Part shown: one piece after another, positions 36,873-46,332 of the stretch
How the letters are laid out: each line of letters opens with the position of its first letter
Numbering within the stretch: the first letter of the stretch is position 1
From: a virus
Virus record (IMG/VR): IMGVR_UViG_3300032285_001888
Span: 8,934-72,933 of that record
DNA length: 64,000 nucleotides
Reading direction: 5' to 3' (one strand)
The notes under the pieces: generated by a model
Told to the model about the DNA's origin: nothing
Databases searched by the model: none
Seen by the model: only the letters and a program-made list of their open reading frames with translations
Position numbers and translations under genes: made by a program

Positions 36873-38405
36873 TTACAGTGGGCGTTTGGTAGTCTTGGCA
36901 GAATACTTTATAAAGTTGATGAAATCGGAGTACTTCATCTTATCTTTAACAGTTTGAGCTATCATTTCTTCATAGTCATATATAGACCTAGCTTGTGATA
37001 CAGGCTTCAAATCATCTAGTAGATTTTTTGATATTGAGGGATGTAGTTTTCCTATACCCGAAAGGACATAGCTATACAACCCCCAGTCTGCATTGCCAAA
37101 CATGATGTCAAAGTCTCTGTTAGTAGGAGTTCGAACTTTGCAACTTTCTAGTAGTTCTTTAACAAAATCTGTAGCAGTTTCTCCACTAGTAATATATTTC
37201 CAGAATTCGCTATCAGTCCTCCCACCCATGTAATGTATAACTAGGAAGTCTTTTAGAGAATCATATAATTTAGCTGTGCGTCGGTTATACAGGTTAATAT
37301 TTCCATCGTTTACAGTGGCTTCTAATGTAGGTTTTAAAAATTCAACTGTAAAGTTTAGCAGTTGCACTATAGTAGTATGTATACTAGTTGCTTCTAATGG
37401 TTCAGCAAACGCAGAAGCTAGCCCTATAGCTAGACAATTCTTTTCCCATGCCTTTTCTAATCTGCCAGTATCAAATTTTAAAGTTCTAATAGGAGTTATT
37501 TTTCTTCCTAATATTGTTTCTATCTCTGCATGTGCTTGATCCGGAGTTATAAAGTTATCGTCAAATACATAACCGCATCCCTTACGATCCTGCACAGGAA
37601 TTTGCCACATCCATCCTGCTCGTTGAGCCCATGCTGTAGTCCATAGTTCAGGCGTTTCTGTTTCTGTTTCATAGTCTAGTAAAAAAGGTATTGCAGAATT
37701 TACTGGCAAATTTTTCTGATAGCTAACCCATTTTACTTCTAGTTTTTTCATAAGAACTTGTTTAAAACCGCTAGCATCTATAAAAAAGCCGCCATCTACT
37801 AGCTTTCCAGATTTTAACAATAACGAGGCAATACTACCTTGTTCGTTTAGATTAACATCTATAATTTCATCGTCAATATGGTTAACTGTATCCTTACGAA
37901 GTGTAATTTTTTTAAAATAAGCACCAACCTTGTGCGCATCAAAATGCAATGCACTATCTAAATTTCTATCAAAAGTAAAATTACTTTTACTAAATGGTGA
38001 TATTCCAAGATCTACCGCCTGACCATGTAATGAGCTTAGATGATTTTTGTTTTTATCTAACACGTGATAATGAGCAAAAATCCCATCCATTATAATATTT
38101 GTACTAGAAGTTCCTACAATAGGACCAAAATATTGTTGATTTAAATCAGGCGTCCAAGCCCGATGCATTATTCCATATTTTAATGTTGCGCCTGTTTCTC
38201 TTAGGAATTCTAATATGTCACAGCCGCTGTCGAAAATATCGTTTTTAATTATCGATGTTAATAATCCTGTTGATCCCTCGCCTGCACCAATAATACCAAT
38301 TTGGGAAGATTCTATTACAGTCACCGAATGCATAGGGCGCATCTTGCTAATCATCAAGGCAGCTATCCACCCTGCTGTACCTCCACCTACAATAACTATT
38401 TTCAT
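36873..38405 (-). CDS. Flavin-dependent halogenase, tryptophan halogenase family
   Basis: GGGTAG, GAGEGST, GATLKYGI, HFDA, GWMWQIPV and FAEPLEATSIH. Confidence 0.9.
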   Translation of the reverse strand: MKIVIVGGGTAGWIAALMISKMRPMHSVTVIESSQIGIIGAGEGSTGLLTSIIKNDIFDSGCDILEFLRETGATLKYGIMHRAWTPDLNQQYFGPIVGTSSTNIIMDGIFAHYHVLDKNKNHLSSLHGQAVDLGISPFSKSNFTFDRNLDSALHFDAHKVGAYFKKITLRKDTVNHIDDEIIDVNLNEQGSIASLLLKSGKLVDGGFFIDASGFKQVLMKKLEVKWVSYQKNLPVNSAIPFLLDYETETETPELWTTAWAQRAGWMWQIPVQDRKGCGYVFDDNFITPDQAHAEIETILGRKITPIRTLKFDTGRLEKAWEKNCLAIGLASAFAEPLEATSIHTTIVQLLNFTVEFLKPTLEATVNDGNINLYNRRTAKLYDSLKDFLVIHYMGGRTDSEFWKYITSGETATDFVKELLESCKVRTPTNRDFDIMFGNADWGLYSYVLSGIGKLHPSISKNLLDDLKPVSQARSIYDYEEMIAQTVKDKMKYSDFINFIKYSAKTTKRPL

Positions 38406-39001
38406 TTTGGTATATCCTTGTCTAGAGCAAATATAACATTTATAACAAACCTGTCGTTACTTATGATAGGATTACTACCTGCATGAAATAAATTGCTAGG
38501 GAAAACCACTATCCTTCCCTGTTTTGGCACAACTGCTTCCTTGATCGTTAATGAAGTAATACTACTATCCTCACTATAGATTTCGTTAAAAATATATGTA
38601 GGACCATCACTGTTGTTAATATAATACACTGCGGTAGTCCACGCAACATTTCCGTCATCAGTGTGTGCTAAATTATAGCTAAGTTCTTTCCTATTATTAA
38701 TGATGCTAGTATGATTAATCTTAATACGTTGCAACATTCCTATAGCGCCAAATTCTTTTTCTATAGCATCCATTAAAGGTTTAAGAAAAATAAAAAACAT
38801 TGACTTGTGTCTAGATAGATGGTCAAATGCAATATGATAAAATTGACTACTATCTTGTGTGTTAGCATCTTCTAAGACGTTTTGTCCTTGTATTCCCAAG
38901 GCTGTTTTATCTTTAAATTTCCATGTTAGTTTACTATCCATGGCATCTACCAATGCTTGCTGAAAGTCAAGAGAGACAAATTCATCTATAACTGTAATCA
39001 T
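38402..39001 (-). CDS. 2OG-Fe(II) oxygenase
   Basis: AHTD...AVYYINNSDGPT...FHAGSNP...RFVIN. Confidence 0.85.
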   Translation of the reverse strand: MITVIDEFVSLDFQQALVDAMDSKLTWKFKDKTALGIQGQNVLEDANTQDSSQFYHIAFDHLSRHKSMFFIFLKPLMDAIEKEFGAIGMLQRIKINHTSIINNRKELSYNLAHTDDGNVAWTTAVYYINNSDGPTYIFNEIYSEDSSITSLTIKEAVVPKQGRIVVFPSNLFHAGSNPIISNDRFVINVIFALDKDIPK

Positions 39002-39634
39002 TTATAACCCTTCGGTATCACTTATGCGGCGTAGCATAATATTCATAGCAACAACAACTCTCAATGTTCCGGTTTCGTGCCGGGGAGTATGATGTTCAAC
39101 CCATGACGGAAATACTATCACATCACTTTCTTCTACTGTTGGCATTTGTTTATTAGGATAGTAAATTGACGGTACATAGTTTTTATTTTTAGTTGGAATA
39201 ACAGATTTCTTTTGTCGAGCGCACGGGTCGCAAAAAATAGTTCCGTATGCATCATCTAGCACAACATAGTGTACCGCAGACCATTGAATAGTTTTAGGTC
39301 CACCGGTGTGATCGTGAACAAATTCAGAAGTAGTGTTAGTAGTAAATCCGTACCAACAAGTAAATTTAAAAGTCCATCCGTTATTAAAATCAACTCCGGT
39401 GCTTTCTAAGAATTTCTTAACGTCATCTTCGTAGAATTTTGATAACATAGCCCATGGTACTTTTACAGCGCCGGGGCAGTAATCAGTATAGATGTTAGCA
39501 AGTACATCGTTAGCAGGCTCATTTAAAAAATTCTGATACACATTATCCATCAGATATTTTTTGATTTTATCATGATTAGATGCTTTAAATTTAAAAACGT
39601 TTGTTGTAAAAATTGGAATACTATCTATATCCAT
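39002..39634 (-). CDS. Putative 2OG-Fe(II) oxygenase (HxH type)
   Basis: VHDH...WSAVHY...FPSWVEHHTP...RVVVAMN. Confidence 0.8.
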   Translation of the reverse strand: MDIDSIPIFTTNVFKFKASNHDKIKKYLMDNVYQNFLNEPANDVLANIYTDYCPGAVKVPWAMLSKFYEDDVKKFLESTGVDFNNGWTFKFTCWYGFTTNTTSEFVHDHTGGPKTIQWSAVHYVVLDDAYGTIFCDPCARQKKSVIPTKNKNYVPSIYYPNKQMPTVEESDVIVFPSWVEHHTPRHETGTLRVVVAMNIMLRRISDTEGL

Positions 39635-39636
39635 AT

Positions 39637-40317
39637 CTACACCTCAGGCCTATCATACTTGTATTGGTCTATAAAGAACAAAAGAGTTGTTCGCGTCTCT
39701 CCCGAAGCGGTTCTGAAATTATTAGGTCTATGCCACGATTTAGCATCATAGGCTAGTATTCTATTAAAAATATTACCTATTCTAATAGTCTCTTCAAAAT
39801 TTTCATGATTAGCGTTAAGATCTTTTTTGTATGCTTCGGTAGCTACTCCGGAAGTATTAAATTCTTTTCTAGATGGGAAATCAACCTTTTCAAAATCTTG
39901 CGATCCTTTTTTAAGGAATATAGAAGTACCGCTATTAAAGTTTTTCTCAAATTGATTAAGATATACTAGCCCTGCTAGATTGACGTCATCACTGTGTATC
40001 CATCCTTCATTGGCATCAACATCATCATACACATCGTTTTTATGAAAACTTACATGAATTACAAATCTGCTAATACCTGGAAATATTTCTCTTGCTATTT
40101 TTTTTGCAAAAAAGACTCCAAACTCTTTAGTAGCAGGGTCTATAGACTCTAGTAAGTTTATAGTACGCTTACCAGGCCATCTAGTGTCACCTGTATATTC
40201 TTGTTTATTTGCTAGATCTAGTATTGTTTGTGTATCTTCAAAGAAGTTATCTTTACAAACTAATGTACCTGCCAAGGGGTGAAAGGTTTTATCCATGTTA
40301 AATAATGTGGGATTCAT
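39637..40317 (-). CDS. 2OG-Fe(II) oxygenase-like protein
   Basis: DNFF...WPGKRT...WIHSD...AGLVYL...SGTS...FNR...WHRP...RTTLLFF. Confidence 0.8.
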   Translation of the reverse strand: MNPTLFNMDKTFHPLAGTLVCKDNFFEDTQTILDLANKQEYTGDTRWPGKRTINLLESIDPATKEFGVFFAKKIAREIFPGISRFVIHVSFHKNDVYDDVDANEGWIHSDDVNLAGLVYLNQFEKNFNSGTSIFLKKGSQDFEKVDFPSRKEFNTSGVATEAYKKDLNANHENFEETIRIGNIFNRILAYDAKSWHRPNNFRTASGETRTTLLFFIDQYKYDRPEV

Positions 40318-40904
40318 GCTAGTTTCCTGGCAATATTAAAAACCATTGTAATACGACCTTCGTCTGTATTTCTAGATTTTGGAACTAGATGCGGCAACCA
40401 TGACTCCCACATTACAAGTAATCCTGCTTTGGGGGTTATTGTAATTTCATTTATATTAGTTTGTGTATCTTCTAGTTTTGGTAAAGATACAAATTGTCTA
40501 AACGGTCGAGGATCAGTTATTATTAGCGGCGCTGAATCTTCAGGAACCTGAAGATATAGTAGACCGGATAATATCGATCCCGGATGCGTATGCTCATCAT
40601 GAGACGCACCGTCAAACATTTCGCTTACGAATATAAACGTATCAAATGTAAGTTCCTTATCATTGTATCCAATATCTTTTAGATACTTTCTACCTATTTT
40701 TTCTATAGCATCTTTAAATGGTTTAACATCTGTCCTGTCTGCTATCCCACCTGGATTCCTATATCCATAGGAAGTTGTATACCCCCATTTGGTTTTAGAA
40801 ATACTAGTATCTTCTAAATATTTTTTTGCTACTGGCAACATTGAATTAGCTAAAATTAATTGCATTTCTGATAGAATTGCCGTAGGAAAAATATACTGTA
40901 TCAC
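40314..40904 (-). CDS. Putative 2OG-Fe(II) oxygenase (TIGR02466-like, HxH type)
   Basis: IFPT...HTHPGSILSGLLYL...DPRP...SWLPHLVP...RITMVFN. Confidence 0.85.
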   Translation of the reverse strand: MIQYIFPTAILSEMQLILANSMLPVAKKYLEDTSISKTKWGYTTSYGYRNPGGIADRTDVKPFKDAIEKIGRKYLKDIGYNDKELTFDTFIFVSEMFDGASHDEHTHPGSILSGLLYLQVPEDSAPLIITDPRPFRQFVSLPKLEDTQTNINEITITPKAGLLVMWESWLPHLVPKSRNTDEGRITMVFNIARKLA

Positions 40905-41503
40905 AGCGAAGGGCCCTTAGGATTACGTATTAAATCAAAGGCATGAAAATAATTTGGACCTAATGCTTTTACATAATGTAAAAAAATCTGAATGCATTCT
41001 ACTCCTGTAAATTTTTCTCTCCAATGGTCAGCTGTCATACCTTTATAAATCATTGCCTCACCGGGCCGTAGTGTGATACTAGCAGATGAGCCATCGGGTT
41101 TTTTAATGAAAATAGGCCAAGCATCTCCACTAATATTAAGAGTAACACTTATTTCACATGCTTCGGCATCTATATGGGGTTTTAATTCTGCCCCCATTTT
41201 ATACCATCTTGCGTATGCGTATGTAGGATAAAGTCGCTCCCCTACTAGATCATTCATAAGAAAGATTTTTGAACGCAATAAGTGTTCGGCAACACTCCAT
41301 CCGTACGATGCTGGAGAACCGGGAACTTGAGGATCCGGCTTCTTAAATTTTTCTATACAGTGTTTTTTAAAAGATTTTGCAATCTCCTCCAACGAGCCAG
41401 GATGCAGAAAATTTTCTACTACAAAATAGTTGTTTTCTTCTAATTCATCTCTTAAGTTTTTTTGAAGAAAGCTATCCTGATAGACGGTGTGTGTTCTTCT
41501 CAT
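40901..41503 (-). CDS. 2OG-Fe(II) oxygenase
   Basis: PTYAYARWY...LKPHID...CEISVTL...WPIF...HWRE...QIFLHYV. Confidence 0.85.
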   Translation of the reverse strand: MRRTHTVYQDSFLQKNLRDELEENNYFVVENFLHPGSLEEIAKSFKKHCIEKFKKPDPQVPGSPASYGWSVAEHLLRSKIFLMNDLVGERLYPTYAYARWYKMGAELKPHIDAEACEISVTLNISGDAWPIFIKKPDGSSASITLRPGEAMIYKGMTADHWREKFTGVECIQIFLHYVKALGPNYFHAFDLIRNPKGPSL

Positions 41504-41505
41504 AA

Positions 41506-41841
41506 TTAATCAAATTTAAATTCGACAGGGCCAACAGGCTCGTCCGGATCAATCACACACCATGCATCGCTTTCTGGCATGCACCAAAACGTTTCTCCAC
41601 CGATGAGTATTTTTGATCCAGCAGCCGGATGGAACATTATTTCGTCGCCTACCTTAACACTCATTGGAATAAGTATTGCAGTTTTTTCAGAGATCTTTCC
41701 GGGACCTGCCGCCACTACTACACCTTTTGATGTTTTTTCATCTTGCGATGCGATCGGTATGTAAATACCACCCGCTGAAGCCTTTTCAGCTTCTACTCTT
41801 TTGACTAATAGTCTATCATGGACTGGTCTTAAAACTGGCAT
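41506..41841 (-). CDS. groES: Co-chaperonin GroES (Cpn10)
   Basis: LRPVHDRLLVKR, mobile loop AGGIYIP, GVVVAAGPG and VKVGD; AGGAGA SD upstream. Confidence 0.92.
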   Translation of the reverse strand: MPVLRPVHDRLLVKRVEAEKASAGGIYIPIASQDEKTSKGVVVAAGPGKISEKTAILIPMSVKVGDEIMFHPAAGSKILIGGETFWCMPESDAWCVIDPDEPVGPVEFKFD

Positions 41842-41851
41842 TTTCTCTCCT

Positions 41852-42301
41852 TTAAATTAAATCTACTAAATCAAATACTGTTTGCAATTTAGTACGAATA
41901 GTTTTTGAACTAAAACTATTCCTTAGTCCCTGATGTAACGGTTTAGGAGTACGATCCATCGTAGCCCACGCCCACCCCTGGTGTTCATCGCTTAGTACAG
42001 GAACGAATTCTGTGTCGATCACACACAAGTAGGTATGAAAGTTGAACACACGATCGTTGCTCACAAAGGTTTCTAAAGGAATAGTTTTGATTATTTTGGG
42101 ATGACTACTGATTTCTTCAGTAATTTCACGCTGTAGTCCCTGCCAAGGCGTTTCGCCTGTGACATTAGTACCGCCTACTAGTCCCCAGGTGCCCTCATGT
42201 TTACCTGTGGCCTTTTGTAGCAGTAGAAAACGTCTTGTAGATTTGGCATAAAATAATGCTCCGCTACAGACTATTTGTTCTTTTACAGTATGATTTTCCA
42301 T
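41852..42301 (-). CDS. Nudix hydrolase
   Basis: Nudix box G-x5-E-x7-REITEEI (GGTNVTGETPWQGLQREITEEI). Confidence 0.88.
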   Translation of the reverse strand: MENHTVKEQIVCSGALFYAKSTRRFLLLQKATGKHEGTWGLVGGTNVTGETPWQGLQREITEEISSHPKIIKTIPLETFVSNDRVFNFHTYLCVIDTEFVPVLSDEHQGWAWATMDRTPKPLHQGLRNSFSSKTIRTKLQTVFDLVDLI

Positions 42302-43752
42302 TGTGCGGCAGTATATTCACCCTCGAAGCTCTTGACCCATGAAACACCGTTCCATAGGTATTGAACTCCTGTGTATATATTCGTCTGCCATATCATAGTG
42401 TCGTGTTCTTGGTTACTGTTAAAAATAACTTGCCAAGCTGTTCCGGTATATTCTATGATGTCATTTGCATAAGCTACTAGTGGCCCCCACACTGTTGACG
42501 GGCTATCATTTATGCTACTGCCGATATCTTCTATGATAAGATAACGCTTGCCCGCAGTCATACCTGTAGGAATATAAGTTTGCGGATTAATAATAGCATC
42601 AAATGTTCCTGGGCTGTTTGGCCTACGACTAGCCGCGGCATTATAGTGTGTAATATCTGTGCTAAGATATCCTTTACTATCAATACCGGTATTGCTAGGA
42701 TACGTGTCCGGATTGTAATTAATCTGTAACAATTTCGTATCTAGACTATTAACTGCTATGGTGCCTATAACAAAATTGCCACTGGGCTGTTGTAGATAAA
42801 TCTGACTAGATCCCGCAGTATATTGCCCGGGATATCGTTGGAATAATTCGCTCCAATCAACCGCAGTTCCGGTACTTACAGGGATATCTAGTGTAGGTTC
42901 CATAGGAACATATCCGTCCGTACCATCATATAATCTGGCCTGTCCGTTATAGACCTGTATGGTATATCCGGTGATAGTAGTAGTTTCTGTAGCTAGTAAT
43001 TGTCCGAGACTAGGAGTAGTACCGTCTGTTTGAAGTGTAGGATCTATGCCAAGTCCTTCTATATATCCTGCAGGATACGCTGTTGATCCTTGATGTATAT
43101 TGCTGATAATTTTTGTAATAACACCAAGATGTTTGACCTTAACTGGGGGACTAATCCAAATAGGTGATTCTAAAGTTAAACTAGCAACATCTATAGCCGT
43201 GTCTGTTCCTTGTGGTACTTGTCGACTTGACCAAGTAGTATCGGTTAGATTTAGTACACTGATACTGGTCCAGTCGATATAGTTGTCTGTAGTTTGTATT
43301 TCAAGACTGGGATTAAACAAGACTAAAATCTGCTCCATGATCTGTAGTTTCTGATCAGTGCTTGATGCCCAGATATCACATTTCATTTTTAAATTAAATG
43401 GTGTAGGCATTAAACGTTCTACAGTATAGTTACGTCCTTGTGCCGAAGTATACTTACCTGTGGTGTTGTTTACATCACGCTCGCGGAAGTGTAGTTTGCC
43501 CACATAAGTTTGATCAGCTAGTCTATTACGATCTAGTTCTAAACCTGTTATATAAACTGATATGCGAGGTATGTTACTGATAGTGTTTTCTGAATTTTGA
43601 TTTAGAATACTAGCAACTTGTCGATCTGCATCACCGTATGTTACAGGTACCTGATGTAGAGTACCGTCACCGTACTTGACTACAAAGTTACTGAATACAC
43701 GAATCGTCTGTGTAAGATATCGTCTTATTTGCCCGTCGTAGAAAAACTGCAT
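42283..43752 (-). CDS. Tail sheath stabiliser/terminator (T4 gp15-like) with C-terminal extension
   Basis: FFYD.QIRRY...F.NF...VPVTYG...PRIS...MPTPFNL...QIMEQILVLFNP, characteristic of gp15 homologues; adjacent to gp14. Confidence 0.75.
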   Translation of the reverse strand: MQFFYDGQIRRYLTQTIRVFSNFVVKYGDGTLHQVPVTYGDADRQVASILNQNSENTISNIPRISVYITGLELDRNRLADQTYVGKLHFRERDVNNTTGKYTSAQGRNYTVERLMPTPFNLKMKCDIWASSTDQKLQIMEQILVLFNPSLEIQTTDNYIDWTSISVLNLTDTTWSSRQVPQGTDTAIDVASLTLESPIWISPPVKVKHLGVITKIISNIHQGSTAYPAGYIEGLGIDPTLQTDGTTPSLGQLLATETTTITGYTIQVYNGQARLYDGTDGYVPMEPTLDIPVSTGTAVDWSELFQRYPGQYTAGSSQIYLQQPSGNFVIGTIAVNSLDTKLLQINYNPDTYPSNTGIDSKGYLSTDITHYNAAASRRPNSPGTFDAIINPQTYIPTGMTAGKRYLIIEDIGSSINDSPSTVWGPLVAYANDIIEYTGTAWQVIFNSNQEHDTMIWQTNIYTGVQYLWNGVSWVKSFEGEYTAAQWKIIL

Positions 43753-45212
43753 TAGAAGTCCGCCTTAGGTCTGAGTGCAGTGGATAGACTTGATCTTTCT
43801 GCTTCTCTTGTGTTATATAGTGTTACACTCCACTGTCCTGTAGTAGGTATGACTTGCTGTACGCCATTGATCGTGGGTAAATTAATTCGCAAGCAAGCAC
43901 TTACTGTGCCAACTGGGCTAGTATAATTATAAGAAGTGTATAAGGTTGTTGGATAATCGCTTAGTGCAAATCCTAGTGTAGTAGTACCACCTATCTTGAC
44001 CACAGCATACTTGGCCACACTACCGGTAGCAAATAATATTCGTGTATTGATTACTGTGGCATTGATGGTTAGATTAACAACATCAGTAGCTACTTCACTG
44101 TTATAGGTGTAATTATTGTTATTGATGAAACTAGTCTTGAGTGTACTACGAGCATCAGTTTGTGTCATATCCATGCGTACAGCATCCTCTACTTTGATCC
44201 AACTATTACCTTCGAATCTAAATAGTCTGTTAGGTAAAAAATCTGTTCGCAGATAAAAATCATTCTCTCCAGGATTATCCGGAAACTGTACACCAAACCC
44301 AAATGCATATCCGTTATCTGGATAACCATCACCTATTAAGTATCCAGTGTAACCAGTTCGAACAGGAACGCCGGCATTTTCGTTAGCGAGATAATTTATC
44401 TGACTAGCATCTAATGATGATTCATCTGCTGTCTGCACTACAGGTTTGCCGGTAGCAGGATCTACTGCCAGTGTATAAAATTGACGAGTTTCGTATCCGC
44501 TCTTAGGCGCATCTGCTTGACCTTGTGCCACTACTTGATTACCCACATTCAACACAGTGTTATAATTACTGAGTAACTCAGCTAGGGTGCTATTAGCACC
44601 GACAATAGGATCACCGTTGCTATCTGCTAATGGTGCATTGAATATAGATGTAAACTGTTGTTGATTTGCTACCTTCTTAAGTTTTAGTCTGTAGAGATGA
44701 GGCATCCAGGTTGCTGAAAATCCTTCGCTTGCACGGCCCACGTCAGTAACTTGATAGTATCTAGGCAAGCTGACATTATAATTATTCAGGGCAAAGTCAT
44801 CACGCAAGTGTGGTAGTTCTAGTACATCGCCAGTAATAGGTTTACGCCCTAGTATTTTTTGTATGTCGTTAATATGTACAGTCATGTAGACTGTGTCGTT
44901 TTCAATAAAGAGTCCAAATTGACTTACGTTAAAATCAATATTTTGTACATTGTAAAGTCCACGGATTCTATAGATCTCTTTATCGTAAGTACGATCGCGA
45001 TTTTCTAAAAACAATAAATCTTGAATATTTGTTACGCTAGTATTAGCATAGTTAGGTGTAGCCGCAGTGGCATTATCAGCAGTGGTATTAGCACCTAGGT
45101 ATTTGTGCCAATAAACGTCGGTTCCGCCCACAGTAAACATCTCTGAGGCCTGTCGGTCAATGAACTTGTAGTCCTTGCCTTTTTCTGGTTTGTATAGGGA
45201 TAAGCGTGGCAT
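43752..45212 (-). CDS. Neck/head-closure protein (T4 gp14-like), extended
   Basis: GGTDVY...DLLFLENRDR.Y...SQFGLF...GDVLELP pattern; lies between the gp13- and gp15-like genes. Confidence 0.7.
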   Translation of the reverse strand: MPRLSLYKPEKGKDYKFIDRQASEMFTVGGTDVYWHKYLGANTTADNATAATPNYANTSVTNIQDLLFLENRDRTYDKEIYRIRGLYNVQNIDFNVSQFGLFIENDTVYMTVHINDIQKILGRKPITGDVLELPHLRDDFALNNYNVSLPRYYQVTDVGRASEGFSATWMPHLYRLKLKKVANQQQFTSIFNAPLADSNGDPIVGANSTLAELLSNYNTVLNVGNQVVAQGQADAPKSGYETRQFYTLAVDPATGKPVVQTADESSLDASQINYLANENAGVPVRTGYTGYLIGDGYPDNGYAFGFGVQFPDNPGENDFYLRTDFLPNRLFRFEGNSWIKVEDAVRMDMTQTDARSTLKTSFINNNNYTYNSEVATDVVNLTINATVINTRILFATGSVAKYAVVKIGGTTTLGFALSDYPTTLYTSYNYTSPVGTVSACLRINLPTINGVQQVIPTTGQWSVTLYNTREAERSSLSTALRPKADF

Positions 45213-45218
45213 AGTAAC

Positions 45219-45240
45219 ATATTTATCGATAGCTAAATAT
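45219..45240. promoter_or_regulatory. Divergent pair of late promoters
   Basis: ATATTTA-tcgatagc-TAAATAT gives TAAATA on the - strand (45220-45225) for gp14 and on the + strand (45234-45239) for gp13. Confidence 0.65.
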
Positions 45241-45257
45241 AGTAAGAGGACAAAAAC

Positions 45258-46046
45258 ATGGCAGATTCACTACCGTCAAGTACCCAAAGTACATCAACTC
45301 AAGAACGTAATAAAGTGTTTGATTATGTTAAACTCATGCTGGGCGACGGTATGATAGAAGTAGAGTTGGATCCAGTACACTACGAAATGGCCTTAGATCG
45401 CGCACTAAATCGCATGCGCCAACGTAGCCCTAACGCTGTAGAAGAAAGCTACATGTTCTTAGAACTAATACAGGACGAAAATGAATACAGATTACCTGAT
45501 GAAGTTATTACAGTCCGTCAAGTTTTTCGTAGAGCTATCGGCTCAAGAACTGGTATTGGTGCAGGCGGTACTTTATTTGAACCGTTTAATTTAGCCTACA
45601 CAAACACCTACTTGATGTCAGGTAGCATGATGGGCGGGCTAGCAACCTATGATGCCTTTGCTGGCTATCAGAAACTAGTTGGACGTATGTTTGGTAGTTA
45701 TATTGAGTTTCTCTGGAAACCTACTACACACATTTTAAATATTTTACAACGTCCTTTCGCACAAGGTGAACAGATCCTAGTGCAGACCTATAACTATCGT
45801 CCAGATTGGGTGCTTTTACAAGATCCCTATGCTAAACAATGGTTGCGTGATTACACACTAGCAACTGCTAAAGAAATGCTAGGTGAGGCACGCTCTAAGT
45901 TTGGGTCTATATCGGGTCCAAGCAGTCCTGTAACACTTAACGGCACAGCATTGAAAAGCGAAGCTAAAGAAATGATCGAAAAATTGGACAAGGAATTAGA
46001 AATGCTAGTTCCAGGCGGATCGGGCTATTATTTCGTAATAGGTTAA
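45258..46046 (+). CDS. Neck protein (T4 gp13-like head-tail adaptor)
   Basis: YVKLMLG...VELD...WLRDYTLA.AK..LG..RSKF...VTLNG..L..EA..E..KL; GAGGA SD. Confidence 0.85.
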   Translation: MADSLPSSTQSTSTQERNKVFDYVKLMLGDGMIEVELDPVHYEMALDRALNRMRQRSPNAVEESYMFLELIQDENEYRLPDEVITVRQVFRRAIGSRTGIGAGGTLFEPFNLAYTNTYLMSGSMMGGLATYDAFAGYQKLVGRMFGSYIEFLWKPTTHILNILQRPFAQGEQILVQTYNYRPDWVLLQDPYAKQWLRDYTLATAKEMLGEARSKFGSISGPSSPVTLNGTALKSEAKEMIEKLDKELEMLVPGGSGYYFVIG

Positions 46047-46047
46047 A

Positions 46048-46263
46048 ATGACTAACGAAGAATATCTAGAAGCTTTAAAAAAATATAATCAATCAAAACA
46101 GCCAGTACTCACAGAAGAACAAACTTCAATGAAGTCTCGGATGTCTATTTGTAGGTCTTGCGAGTTTTTTAACCCTACACTAACTTTATGTAAAAAATGT
46201 GGTTGTGTTATGTCAATAAAAACATTCCTACCAAAATCCAAGTGCCCAGTTGGCAAGTGGTAA
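46048..46263 (+). CDS. Small Cys-rich (zinc-binding) protein
   Basis: R..IC.SC...C.KCGC.M..K......CP.GKW. Confidence 0.7.
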   Translation: MTNEEYLEALKKYNQSKQPVLTEEQTSMKSRMSICRSCEFFNPTLTLCKKCGCVMSIKTFLPKSKCPVGKW

Positions 46264-46279
46264 TTTGAACTAAAAATTC

Positions 46280-46309
46280 TTGACCCCTGTAATAAAAGTG
46301 TTATATACT
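46280..46309 (+). promoter_or_regulatory. Sigma70-like promoter upstream of dNMP kinase
   Basis: TTGACC-N18-TATACT in the intergenic gap. Confidence 0.55.
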
Positions 46310-46332
46310 AGCACTACTTACAGGGGATTCTT

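Noticed and set aside
27724-38405. Host-derived pyrrolnitrin or other secondary-metabolite cluster, or a chimeric contig
   Set aside because: No prnBCD, NRPS/PKS or transporter genes; the genes are contiguous with phage neck genes and share phage-type late motifs.
30540-41503. DNA hypermodification (TET/JBP-type) locus
   Set aside because: The oxygenases resemble P4H/TIGR02466-type families, and no methylase, glycosyltransferase or thymidylate-synthase homologue is adjacent. Not fully excluded.
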